Translations under genes and position numbers: made by a program
In this document: positions 24,772 through 37,340 of the stretch, piece after piece
Layout: every line of letters begins with the position of its first letter
Numbering within the stretch: position 1 is the stretch's first letter
Notes under the pieces: model-generated
What the model was told of the DNA's origin: nothing
The model's input: only the letters and a program-made list of their open reading frames with translations
The model's database searches: none
Assembly (NCBI GenBank): GCA_964270895.1
Contig: OZ185436.1
DNA: 64,000 nucleotides
Source: Podarcis filfolensis
Lineage: Eukaryota
Direction: 5' to 3' (one strand)

Positions 24772-27700
24772 TCCAAAATTACTTTTTCCACATATTCTAC
24801 TTCAGGATCTTGTCCATAATTGTTCATCCAGCTTCCTATCAGTTTGGTGTCATTAAAATATGGAGAACATTAAATCACCACAGCTCATTTCCTCATGAAG
24901 TTAGAAACCTCAATACCAATCAGTACAAACTACTTGACTGTATTAATATGCAAATGTATTCTCATTGCATCCACACCGAGTTGATACTTTCTGCTACTTT
25001 TATATTTTATGTTAACTGTATTATTAACAGAACAATTTCAGATTTCAGATGGAATAGACTGACATAGGCTAAGCTGATAATTAAAGAATATTATAGTTGT
25101 ATATGCTTGAGCATGCCAAAATAACAGCAGGCAATTTACATATGTAGAAAAGCTTGTATACTTTTTACATGCTGAAATTTGACAATGAACTTGCTCTGGC
25201 TGAAATGAAGGGTTGACTGAAAATGATTTCTTTCTATTAACGTATGTTGTACAATAGGGTTTTTTCCATATAATTTTTCTAGACATACCTATTTAAATTA
25301 CTGAACATTAATGCAGCCATTTTATCTGTTAAGCAACATGTTAACTGTTGGAAAACCAGGCAATGAAAAGCTACATACTCCCTTAGAGATTACTATAATT
25401 CAACCAATAAAAAGCCTGAAACATAAACCAAGGTGTAAAGTGACACTGGCATTTATTAATATTTAGTGCACCTCAAAGCAAGCACAGAGCGGAAATATGG
25501 TCCAACAGTTCCAAGGCAGAACATAGCAGGAAAAATAAATTTGATTTACAACAATCCCTACCTTTTAAAAATAATAATAAAAGCAGACTGTAGGCCCTTT
25601 CCCTTTAAAATATTTAATAGCTGATATCATTAGGAGAGTCTCAAATCACATTTTTAACATATGGGAACTTGAGGAAACTATCATCTGCAATCCATAGTTT
25701 AATGGATGATATTATTTTAACTACCTTCCTCCATTTCAAAAGCCATTCAGATGGCTTTTGAAAAAGTACGATGTGCATTTTTCAGTGGGGTTTTCCCCAT
25801 TTCTACCATGAAGCAAGATCTAAACGTTTTCACATTCTCTTCCTCAGGCATCTGTGCTTCTCAAGAGCCAAGATGTTTAGTTTCTTATAATCTAAGACAC
25901 TACAATGCTTGAAAGCTGACACCATCATCCATGGCATCTTAATCATCCTCCTTTTTAAAACTCTCCAAGGAGTAAACTTAAAAGCAGCATCTCATCTTCA
26001 CTTTAAAGGGAACCAACAGAAAATTTTAATTAACTTGAAATCTTTGCAGAAAACGTATCAGACCCTTCTCTTTGAAACACAGACATCAGAAGTGAATGAA
26101 AGCAAAAGTTGTTGTGTGCCTGCTACTAAATTTGATTCAATGATCTTGACACAGATGAACATAGGAAACATTTCCATGATTTAGGAAGGTTATTTTGTAC
26201 AGACTGCTACTGAATGAATGTAGAATTTCTGCACACTCCCTTTCCTATTAAATTCTGAAAGAAAGCCTATGATTAACACCACATTTGGCTCACTTCATTT
26301 AGGATGCCGTTAGGCTTATAAGCTAAAAAAATCAAGAAGAACAAGAGGAGAGAAGAAGGAAGAGGCAGAGTAGGGAGATTAGTTTTGCAATGCCAGAACA
26401 TAATGCTAGATTGTAAACAGGCATTTATATAATAGTACACCAAGCTGTTTCCACCTCTTGCTTGGACATAAGTGGCTCTTCTTCCTATGGCCAATGACAG
26501 GGGCTACAGTTTTTCCACACAAAACAGTAGACCTGCAACTTACATGGGGGTTATGTTCTGGGGTTAGTGCATAAAGCCAAAATTGCATATTGGCAAAGCA
26601 CATACAGTGCAATGGTGGGTAAGATCACCAAAGTCTTTCCCCCCCAAACACCTGCTTCCATTTATTTATTTATTTATTTATTTAGCTGAATGTGCACAAG
26701 TTAAACATAAATTGTGGGTCAACTTTACTTCAATCCCAGGGCAACTGATAGAGCAATGATCTTTTTCACATTTCCTTGCAGCTGCTCCTTCTGTAGCAGA
26801 TGGCTCGTGTTTCTCTTGTGGTGATCTTCCTGAAAGGTGTGGGAGATGCAACCATCCAATGCCTTTGCAACTCTGACCAGTGGTAGAGGCATAAAATTAG
26901 TGCCAATGGATCAATACTTGAAAGAAAAAAATGGAGAAGATTTCTGTTTTATTTCATAGTTCCTATACTTTAGATTTAATGGAGTCGATGTAAAATCTCC
27001 CTTGTTCAAGTTAGCTAGTAGGTAAATTGTACTGCTCCAAGTCATTATGAAGATAACTGAACTAAACAAAATAGGTCTCACTTTTCTCTCATCTTCATTA
27101 TGTCAGAAATTCAAGCTGACAACTTCACAGAGACTCATTTGTTAACACATGCATACAAACCTGTTGCTGGGGATCTGAAAGCTGCCAAGATGTGTTTGTA
27201 ATTCCAGCATTGCTGAAATCCCCCAAACGCAAAGATAAAAGGGCAAGATAAGGTACCCATCAATCTTACAGAAAAGGTAAAGGAAAGATTGACAAATAAA
27301 TACCACCAGATCCACTTTCCTAAACAAAAGATATCACAAACTATTAACTTCACCTTAGAAACCACTTAGGATAACTATCTCTGGCACAACTTCCTCTATA
27401 TAAATACAATGAAAGACAGACTCTTTTAAAAGCCTTAAAAAATTCTGGAAAGCAGCAAAATAAGAAAAGGTATTTTCATTGAAGGAGTGCTTAGATGAAG
27501 AAGAAATAGAAGCATCAGACTGACAAATTGTCATCATGTCTTCCAGTGTCACCTTCTGAGTAAAAAAAGTATGGGGAATATCAGCAATTTCCCTATTGAT
27601 TCCAGTGTGACATGAAGACCTGGTGTAACATAGTGATCCAGTTCACAAGTAGCACTAAGTAAAACCATGGCTTAGAGTGAGTGAGCAAAAGTGCAGGTTC

Positions 27701-28391
27701 CTGGATTTAAGATAGTTTCAGATTTCAAATTTCTTCTTCCAGGAGTTTAGAAGTTTGTTACTCACAAGTAGCGAGCTGTGCCAGTGGCTTCTGCATTAAG
27801 GTTTCTCTACAACCTTGTTTGGCTTACCTCTACCTCACCCTGTCCGACCTATCCGTTAAAACCTCTGTCACTTATTGATGCATAATTGACCTTTTCAATA
27901 ACTTTAATATATGAGTGTTTTTCTTACAGGAGGATAAATTCTGGTTAGGAAAACGTATTTACATTATGTGTGAAGTGAGCTGCAATAATTTATTTTTTTC
28001 CAAGTATATGGAATGGGCAGCTCCAACACAAAACACTCTCTGTATGTTATATATGGCTGTCAATGGATGAGATCATAGGAAATGGGGAAAATGTTGTTTC
28101 AAGTTGTTTTAAACTCTTTTTTAGTATTGTAACATTGCGTTTTAAAACTAACTGTTGCGATCTGCCCTGGAATCTTAGGGTAAAGGGTGGATAATAAACA
28201 ACAATGTAACACAGCTGAAAGGCACATTTTTTGTGCTATTCTTAACTGAAGCAAACTAACCAGTCTACTGCCATGGCTGCAGTCATTTCTGATGAATTCT
28301 CATCTAAATGTACATTTAGTATTAATTTAAATGAGTCTACTCTGAGGAGGACTAACACTGGGTACAACCCCATTTTTGTGTGTGTGTATGC

Positions 28392-28447
<56 letters not shown>
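28392..28447. repeat. Compound (CA)n(GA)n microsatellite
   Basis: CA run directly followed by a GA run. Confidence 0.98.
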
Positions 28448-28453
<6 letters not shown>

Positions 28454-29429
28454 TGGCATAACTTGCCTGACAGCCACAAGTAACTCAGTCCTGCCTCCTT
28501 AATAGTACACAACCCACAAACGTGATATTAAAAAGAGCAGAGAAAGTTATGGAATAAAAGTAAACTCTTTCTCTGCTCCCACCACTCATAATTAATCTTC
28601 ACAAGGAGCAGCCACTAAGCCCATTTCTATCACCCAATGTAGCTTTTAAATTAACTTATTTTTAATTTTTAAAACTCTTGTAACACACTTTACAAAGCTG
28701 CTTTACATGCTGCATATACTTATAAATATTAATTGTAAAAGAACAGTGTGCTTCAATTAGTGGAATTTTCTTCTGGGAAGTTGTCCAGAATTTTTTTTAT
28801 CATCTGAAAAATCCCAGAACTTTTATTTCAAAGCTTTTGAAGAAAGAAATCTACTTTGACAATTAAAAAGCACTAAACAAAGACGAGTGGGGAGGAAATG
28901 AATATTGCTTAAAAACAAACAGCCCCAACAGAAATCTAGTTTGTCTGAAAAAAAAGTAAGAAGGTACAAATGCATGTGTTTCATGTTTAGCAACAAATAG
29001 AAGGTGGGGGTGTTTTTACAATCTGTCCCCATACTTCATAGAATTTCCAAGTTGAAATATATTTCAACTGAAATGGAATATATATCATATTATGCCAGCT
29101 TTCACTACTGAAATGAGAAAGTAGCTGCTCCTGTAAACCCCACTTTTTTTTTGAACTTTGGGGTAGGAGGGTGAAAATGGCTGAAACTTCCGGAGGAGGT
29201 AATTCACATACTCAAATGTACAAGAACTGACACTGTATGACTCTCATACTTCAGGTTTCACATCTGGAGGATGACGCTTTGCTTGAAAACATTGGTGTGT
29301 GAGTAACTTATACTTCAAAAGAGAGCCACTATTCACATGGGGACCCTTCAAACATACACCCCAGTCTTCTATGTGGAATCTGAGAACATATGTGCACATC
29401 ACTTCCTGCACCACTGAGTAAGCCTAGAA

Positions 29430-29710
29430 CAGGGGTAGGCAACCTAAGGCCCATGGGCCAGAAGCAGCCCACGAGGGTCATTTAACCAGCCCCCGAGCCG
29501 CTCCCGAACCGAGCCACCCACTTGGCGAGTCCCCGTGCGCGGCACTAAACAGGCGCGGGGACTCGCTTCTGCGGTGCTGGAAATTGCATCTGTGCAGACA
29601 CAGACACCAGAAATCGCAGGCGCACATGCTCACACACGCACAATCCAGCACATGGAGGGATCTCCACTAGAGTGAACTGGCCCAGGCGAGGTAAACCTTG
29701 CCGACCCCTG
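29430..29710. mobile_element. hAT (Charlie-like) MITE
   Basis: TIRs CAGGGGTAGGCAACC / CCTTGCCGACCCCTG. Perfect 8-bp TSD GCCTAGAA at 29422-29429 and 29711-29718. GC/CpG-rich interior. Confidence 0.92.
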
Positions 29711-31649
29711 GCCTAGAATTTTGTTTCAGGATTGAAATGAAAAGAGAGAATATGGGGGAGGTGGACATTCAACTCTAAAAAGCTTAAGAGTGAATACAGA
29801 CTTTGTTTTAGAGACATGCATACATGCTTCATACATAATTCATATAAACTGTATATTTATTTTAAAAATGCTGAAGCTGGGTGCCTTATTCTTCAGATCT
29901 GTTTTTCCCTATTTGCTTTTTTAAACTAGTAGCTCTTTCTAAATTACCACATTTCCAGATGCTTTGCTCATACCCTCTTGACAGAGGAACAGTTGTACTT
30001 ATTTGCAGACAAGTTGTTGACAATTCATCTAAGCTTATAAAAGCTGGCAGAGAGATACCCTGGCACAGATATCTGACACCGCAACTGACTGCTCTTCTAT
30101 CTATGGAAAATATTAAGGAATCCAATCAGAATTTAATTGCCTACTCAAGCAGATAACATCAAATTCAGTGAACACTGTACATGGAAATATAGATGAAAGA
30201 ATAAACTCCCATATGTCCTTATGATATTATAGGGAAGATGCAGAAAGTTAACCTCCGCACATACACAAAGTCCTCCCCCTGTGTTAACTGAAAAACAAAA
30301 CATGATTTTTAAAGCAAGGGAAAACTAGTTCTGCATGTCCAAGGGACTTTTGACTTTTGTTTCTTGGCAGAATACCCATTCTGGATATCAACAGAATGCT
30401 TGCCATATCACGTAGCAAAACACTTTGGAAGGGGATGTTCCAAAAGCAGCTAGTACTAAAGAGAAGAGCTCCCACTGACTTCCCAGTGGACACTCCCGGG
30501 CTCTTTAAGTACTTATTTGGATCTCAGCCTATAACAGGATTTCCGGTCTTTATAAAGAAAACACAGGATACTTCCTTTGTGGGAAATACTTTTGTATTTT
30601 CAAGGCTTGAAAATACTCTACATGGTCACCTAAGCCAACCGTGCTGATAAGGAGATGCACAACCCTTCTTAAATGGTATTTATCTGAGAGGTAGATACCT
30701 GTTCACACCACTAACCACTCTGGTGACAAGCAAAGAGCTGATGGGCTACAATACATGGTATGTGCTAAGTGGACTTTGCATATAGTGGTGTGAGCTTCAC
30801 CCACAAGGTACTCCTGCTGGTGAAGGTGAGGGCAGGAAGAGAGGACATGTAGCTCTCTGTGCCTCTGGAAATCTGCTCTGGAGGATTGGGGGATGCAGGG
30901 GAAAAGGAAAATAGGCAGCAATCACCTCCTGTTTCTGCCACTGAGAGCCTCCATTGGATCAGAGTCCCTGGGGGCAACTCAGAGTTCAAGTCAAAGTACT
31001 TAAGTAAGGTGACATCAAGCCATTGGTTTGAATTAGTACATAAGGTTTCAGTTTACTTCTCAGCTAGGGTGACAAAGGACCAGAAATCCCAAAAATCCCA
31101 AATGGAACAAGGAAGTGCAATAAACAGTGCACAGTACCTAGCATTCCATACAGACCTTTCTGCCTCTAATGCAGAGATATTAAGTTCCTGATAAAAAGAG
31201 CCAACAAAAAAAAGTTTAATGTTATTAAGGCTAGCAAATGAAGGTTTTCACAGTTCAATGCTAAATTCAGGAAGACAGTCAGTCTTTCAGAACTCCCTGG
31301 ATAGGTAATGTTGGTGTGTTTAAGAGGGATATTAGGCTTGTAATTATATAAAAATGCTTTTCTATTTAACAATCATAGGAATACAGTGAATTCACTCAGA
31401 GACATATTTGTTGATATGTTAAGATGGGTCAGTGAGGAAGGATAGATTTTAAGGGAGGACACATACGTGTTAAGTGCTCAAGTCTAATTGTAACAGCAAA
31501 AACAGTTTCATGTTCCCCAGTGTGTAAGAGTTAGATGCCTTATTCTTTAAATCAGTAAAGATAGACATAGAGACCTATTAACAATTATTCCTATTTTCAA
31601 AACTACACGCAAACATTACCAACATTAATTCTGAGTACACTTGTGGGGG

Positions 31650-31723
31650 GTTAATTATTCCAATTTCACAGATGAAGTAACCAAGACACACACAGAGAGA
31701 GCAAGATTAAGTGTTTGTTCAAG
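31650..31723 (-). mobile_element. MIR/CORE-type SINE relic (core only)
   Basis: attattccaatttcacagatgaagtaacc...attaagtgtttgttcaag resembles the reversed MIR core. Confidence 0.5.
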
Positions 31724-31899
31724 ATGAGAGTATACCTTAATATTGAGCCATCTAAAAGATGGTATCTCTGTAAGACAGACTGATACAATGTTGACTCTCA
31801 TAGATGAAAATTCAAATCAGACAGTAAATTGGCAAGCAGAATATGTTAAGTCCAAAGAAAACATTAGTATTGGTGGCTAACAGTGTTTTTCACAGCCTT

Positions 31900-32556
31900 C
31901 AGCTAGTAAGACAACAGTGACGGTTCCTGGTCCAGGGCTGCTTGACTACTGGTTCAGGCACTGGTAACATCAAGACAGGACTATGGCAAAGTACTCTACG
32001 TGGGGACTCCTTTGTGTTTGGTTTGGAAAGCACAGTTAATGCAAAATGCTGCAGCACAATTGCTGACAGGAGTGTCAGCATTTGTGCTCAAATATTTGCA
32101 CTGCCAGCAAGGTCACTACTGCACTGAGATCCAGATGTTATTATTGGTATTTCAGGTGCTCACCACCTTGCAATCAATTTACTTAAGAGATTGCCTGACT
32201 CCATACGTCCTAACTCACTCACGCCAATCTGCATAACTTGCACTTCTACAACGGCCACGCAATGTCTATTCCACATTTGTAAGAAGTCATTCCTTTAGTG
32301 TGACGGCACCTGTACTTTAGAACTTCTTGCCTTTTGACATTAGGCAGACACCATTACTGAACGCTAATTCTGAAAATCTTCCTGTTTCAGTGGGTCTATC
32401 CAGCCACATGATTAACATGTGTTCTTAAATCTGTTACGGATGTTTCATTGTGCTTTATTGCATCAAAGTGCTTTCAAATGTTTAAAACAGGTTTTTAAAT
32501 TTTTGACAAAGAAGTGTTTGCCACCCTGAGCTCCTTTGGGAGGGAGGGTGAGATAT

Positions 32557-32590
<34 letters not shown>
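31900..32590 (+). mobile_element. Degraded L2 LINE 3' fragment with (TTTA)n tail
   Basis: Translation includes LVWKAQLMQNAAAQLLTGV and YLRDCLTPY. Tail gccaccctgagctcctttgggagggagggtgagatat(ttta)n. Confidence 0.8.
32554..32590. repeat. (TTTA)n repeat at L2 tail
   Basis: About 9 perfect units. Confidence 0.97.
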
Positions 32591-32592
<2 letters not shown>

Positions 32593-34234
32593 TAAAAATT
32601 GAGGTAATGGTGATGACTAGCATAGTTGAAACACTGCTATCCATTGGAGGCTATAGTGTTTACTAGCTGGGTTCCGAGTTCAGTTGATTGCTAGATTTTA
32701 TTATTATTATTAAAGCTATAACAGTAGGAGCTGCTTCCCTGGTGCCTACAGCTGGTATTATGTAATGGAGTTCCAAAGCCGCCAACAGTTGCTGGATAAA
32801 GCTTCAAGGAAGAAGACTGTGCAGCCTTAGAAATTCATGATGGATAGGCCAGGTCAAGAAGATATCTTGTGTCAGGGGAACTGCCTGCGATGTAAGCCCC
32901 AAATTCAACACAGGTACTGAAGTGGTAACAGCCACAGCTGATGTTGAGAGCAGGCTGACTCCCACAGAGAACAGTGTCTTAGGCATGCTAAAGGAGATTG
33001 CCATTGCATCAATACTTCATAATGGCAGTATGAATGTACTGTAAGTCAGATTTATGAAAACTGTAGCAGACGCCAAAAGGTTCTTATCTTCACAACTAGG
33101 GAAGCCATATTACAATCATCAAGAAGGTGGGAGGAGAAAAGACAACGACCTGTAAATAACTTTCATTAACGTATCTTGATTCCTAAAACAGTCTTTCCCA
33201 GCTTGAATCATGTCAGATTCTAGAAATCCAATTGTTAAAGCAAAACTCCCAGCATATAGCAGGGCCCCTAAAGCAAAGGAATGACATAGCAGACAGAAAT
33301 AAAGGGATATACCATATGTTGAGTAATAAAACTGGCAAACCTAGAAAGGTTCAAATACAGCTATTATACACACCTGGGCAAAAAGGGGGGGTGGGGTGGC
33401 GAGGAATCATTAAGCAATCTGAGAACCTGCAAACAAAGAAACTGTAAAATTCTTAACTGTAAAGCAAAGGAAACACATCTAATCCCTCAGGAGTTTAAGT
33501 ATGTATTTCAACTGGGTTATCCCATCCCTCAAAAGGACATAGAACGACACAAAAACCTACAGACATACAATATATCCACTGTGCGACTGTAGGCATTGAG
33601 CCAAATAGCGTCAGTACCCAACAGCCCTGGCACCTGTTGGTTTTGTCATCAACAAATATATTACCACTTTGTGGCACAGAGGAAAGGAAAACACTATATT
33701 AGAAAGGCTTGCCTACCTCCAGAGAAGGCTAGAGAGGCAACTGGCATGTGCTTTATGGGAATTTAGTGTGATAGGGGAATTGGTTATGAGAAGTTGCATT
33801 GCAGGAGTTTGAACTTTTGTATATTTCAATTTCCTGTGCACCTCAAACATATGTGAACTGAACACCACACATTGTAGCTCGAGTATGCAGACTTTAGGCT
33901 GTTCTCTCTCCCTCTCCCTCTCTCATACACAAACACACACAGAGAGAGGGGGAAAGAGAGAGTTGCATTTATAACAACATTTATGCACCTACACCGTCCA
34001 ATTGGAAACCTAGGACCAAAGATTTGCATAACACTTGCAGCATAAAAGCATAAATATTCAGGACAAAGTTATGTGGAAACCTCGCACAGTAAATGTAGGG
34101 TATAATTAAGAAAAGGCAGCAAGAGAAAAAGCCTTTAAGGAATCAAGTTTCTATTTTTGTTTTGTCTGATGCATGTAGTGTTTCCAATATATTTATACCT
34201 ATATATCCTCTAACAGAAATGACGAAGAACATAT

Positions 34235-34400
34235 GCCATGGTTCAGAAGTGGAACTCAAGCTTTACATGCAGAAGGTCCCAGGTTCATTCAGGCATGTCC
34301 AGGTAGGGCTAGGAGAGATCCATTTGAAGCCCTGCAGAGCTGCTGCCAGACAGCAGTACCAATGGTCTGATTCAGCACAAGACAGCTTCCTATGTTCCTA
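34235..34400 (+). mobile_element. tRNA-Ala-like SINE, degraded
   Basis: tttacatgcagaaggtcccaggttca head, ccaggtagggct body, tail gacagcttcctatgttccta. Confidence 0.75.
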
Positions 34401-34613
34401 ACAATAGGAGGAAGGTTGCTTACCCACTCTATTCTTGTGGCGTCAGATTGGCAAGCCTAGCTGAATTCAAATATTCTATGATTTTTTCAAGAACAGAATA
34501 TACTCAGAAAGCACATGGGATTCAAATAAACAGAGACAATAAATCCATTAGTGCAAGGCGTCATAATAACTGTGTTGCTAGGAGGAAAATGCCTCTATAG
34601 TGGTGTCGGCTGG

Positions 34614-34704
34614 CCATCCAGATGTTCAGACTCCAACTTCCATCAGCCACAGTCAGCATGGCCAATGACCAGGGATGATAGAACTTGTACTCCAACATCA
34701 TCTT
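34614..34704. mobile_element. Palindromic lizard MITE relic
   Basis: Imperfect inverted arms agatgttcagactccaacttccatca / tgatagaacttgtactccaacatcatct around cagcatggccaatgaccaggg. Confidence 0.6.
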
Positions 34705-37228
34705 GCATTCAATCTTCCTTAATTTTCTTGTATTCTTTGTTTTAGATTGTGAGCTTTTGGGATAATGTATAACCACAGTGATTGAGAACTCCAGAGTTCC
34801 TGTGCACTGTGAGCAAGAAGTGTTTCATTCACTTGAATATCAATGATGGACTTCCACATGCATCACAACTGTGTGCCCCCATCTTTCTCCAGCATGAAAT
34901 GAATAGAAAAGGTATTACACTTAATTGCTCCTTGTTGAAATGTTGCAGGGAAGAGTACCAAGAGTACAGGCTATATGATGCACATATTCCCACATCTAAA
35001 TAGCCTCTAATATTTTTTACTGTAGTTCTTCATGGCACTGTTTGTCCAGGAGTTTACAATTCAAGTCAGAAGTTCTCACAGCACATGAGATGAGACTTAA
35101 CTGCTGGAGTACTACTTAACTTTGTACACACAAACCAACCAACAAACACAAAAACACACTGTATATGATAGGTGAGAAGCATGTTTTGGAAGAAAAGACA
35201 GGAATGCTATTTACTAAGATATTTTGCAAGCAACAGAAATGCCACAGAAACCCACAAGGGAAACAACTGGGAAACCAAGCCTAGAAAAGTTGGATAAGTG
35301 TTAGCAACATGGAGTGAACAAAGATTCAGGGTGTTGAAGGAATAAAAGCACAGATGCTTGCATGCAAAGCAAAAAAGTTCAAAATCTTGGTCATGCTTTC
35401 AGAGAAAAAACCCACATGACTCTGAAAGGTCTCCAGCTATGAAGGAAGACAATCTAGGAAGATCATCTAAGCAGGAAAAAAGGCAAGATTCTGACAGCTT
35501 TCAACAGCTGTACCTGTGGTCTCTACCATTTGTCTCTAATCATGCCAACTGCTGAGATCATCATCAATCCCCTGTCTGCCACTCGATGTCCATATCAAAT
35601 GAAGACAACATAGGAAAATCCTGTTAGTTCACATTTTAGATGGACATATATGGGGCCATGGAAAGAGCCGCTGAACAATTTAAAAATTCTTGCTTTGTGC
35701 ACTCTCCTTTCCCTACACATCTTTTGCAAAAGCCACACATATGATGGCTGGAGTATTCTACATTTAGCAGTATCTCAAGAGGCTTTATCATTCATCATGT
35801 GTTCTTAAGAGATTCACACACACATCCCAGGGCTTGTGACGGAAGAATATAATAAATTAACTAATATTCCAAATTATCACTAAGCATAAAGACACAAACA
35901 TGATGAGCAACATATAAAGTGTAAAATGTATAGATCACATGCAGAATGTTTTTCTTCTTTCAGGTCCAAATAGCAAATGTTTAAATGCTGTAAGCTCAAA
36001 CAAAAGGTTTATTTATCAACTAGTTGCATTAGTTGCACTAATGTGAATCCTTGCATGTGCACAACTATTTTGCTGAATACTGCCCACAGTTAATATCAGA
36101 TATTTATGAACATATCTGTAAGTGTTCCACATGTCTATTGGAATGATATTTTGTTCTTTGAAAAAACACAAAGCAGTTGGGGAGAAGTGAAAATCTATCC
36201 CCCATCTCCATAAATTCTTAGACATTGTCCCCCTTCTCAAACATGTAGTTTACACAATGTACAGGACAGAATATGGTTTTGGCAACTGCCAAAAATCAAT
36301 TTTCCTCAGTGTGAGAGTATTTGTCTATGTTTGCATTATATCCTACGGACATAAGCCTCAGAACGGAACATCTACACAAAAGATTTCTACTAGATCCTGA
36401 ACAGGCTCATAAACAATAAAAAATTTACAAGGGAAAAAGATGGAAGAATGGGATGGAAGAAGAAATAAGTTAATTTAATTATGTACAATGACTTAAAGCA
36501 ACACAATGGAGTACAATGGAAGAAATGACCAATGGTCTTCTTAAAAACCGGACACTGGAGTAGAGTGGGGACCGTGGCATATTAAAATTGCTAAAATTAC
36601 TTGAGAATTCAGTACACAGACATAGCTTCCTAGCTTGCATTATAACCACAATTCCACTTCCCAACAGCAAACATACAACTGGATAACTTGTGAACCGCTC
36701 CAAAAGAACGAGTAGTTACCAGGTTTCTTCTTTAAATTCCAACCATGTACTCTGATGTGTATTCTTCAGAAAATATCTGGCAAATTCCAAAAGTCACATA
36801 AGAACACAGCAGGTCCGTGGAATTTTACACCTACTTGTAATCAAAGATTTTCCTGAAATTTCCAGAGACTTTTTGCAGCATTTCTCAGCTTCCTGTATAT
36901 GCATGTGGAAACAGGGGGGAGGGGGACTGCCACAGGAAACATTAAAAAGATTTTAGGATAAATTGGGAGTATACAGTGTAAACCAAATCCCCTCCGGCAC
37001 AACCCTCTCCCCCAATACACAATGAAAGTGCTGTGGGTTAGAGGGTACACTGTAAGGGTGATTAAAAACAAACGGTTATCAGATGTTTAGGGAAAAGGAA
37101 AGTGAAGGAGGAAATAATGTTGGTTTCCTTGAATATACTGAGAGAAGAAATATTGCTGCAATAAGAGGGGGCGGGGAACCCTACATGTTTGCTGAGAATT
37201 ATACTTCTAATACCTCGTTTCAAATAAC

Positions 37229-37340
37229 CAGTGCTATTTTTCTAGAAAAAAGGTGCCAGAACTCACCTTCTTGTCTTATAGTGGCAATGCGCCCATCTGA
37301 GACGTGCCGGAACAAAAAACAAAACAAAACAAAAGCCCTG
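37229..37340 (+). mobile_element. Short hAT-type MITE
   Basis: Ends CAGTGCTATTTTT / AAAAGCCCTG. 8-bp TSD caaataac / cgaataac (one CpG-type change). Subterminal motif agaaaaaaggtgccagaactc is shared with the 60499 element. Confidence 0.8.

Noticed and set aside
33540-33640. Protein-like minus-strand peptide VPGLLGTDAIWLNAYSRTVDIL between AG and GT
   Set aside because: No pyrimidine tract, weak donor, not COX10, and no family recognised.
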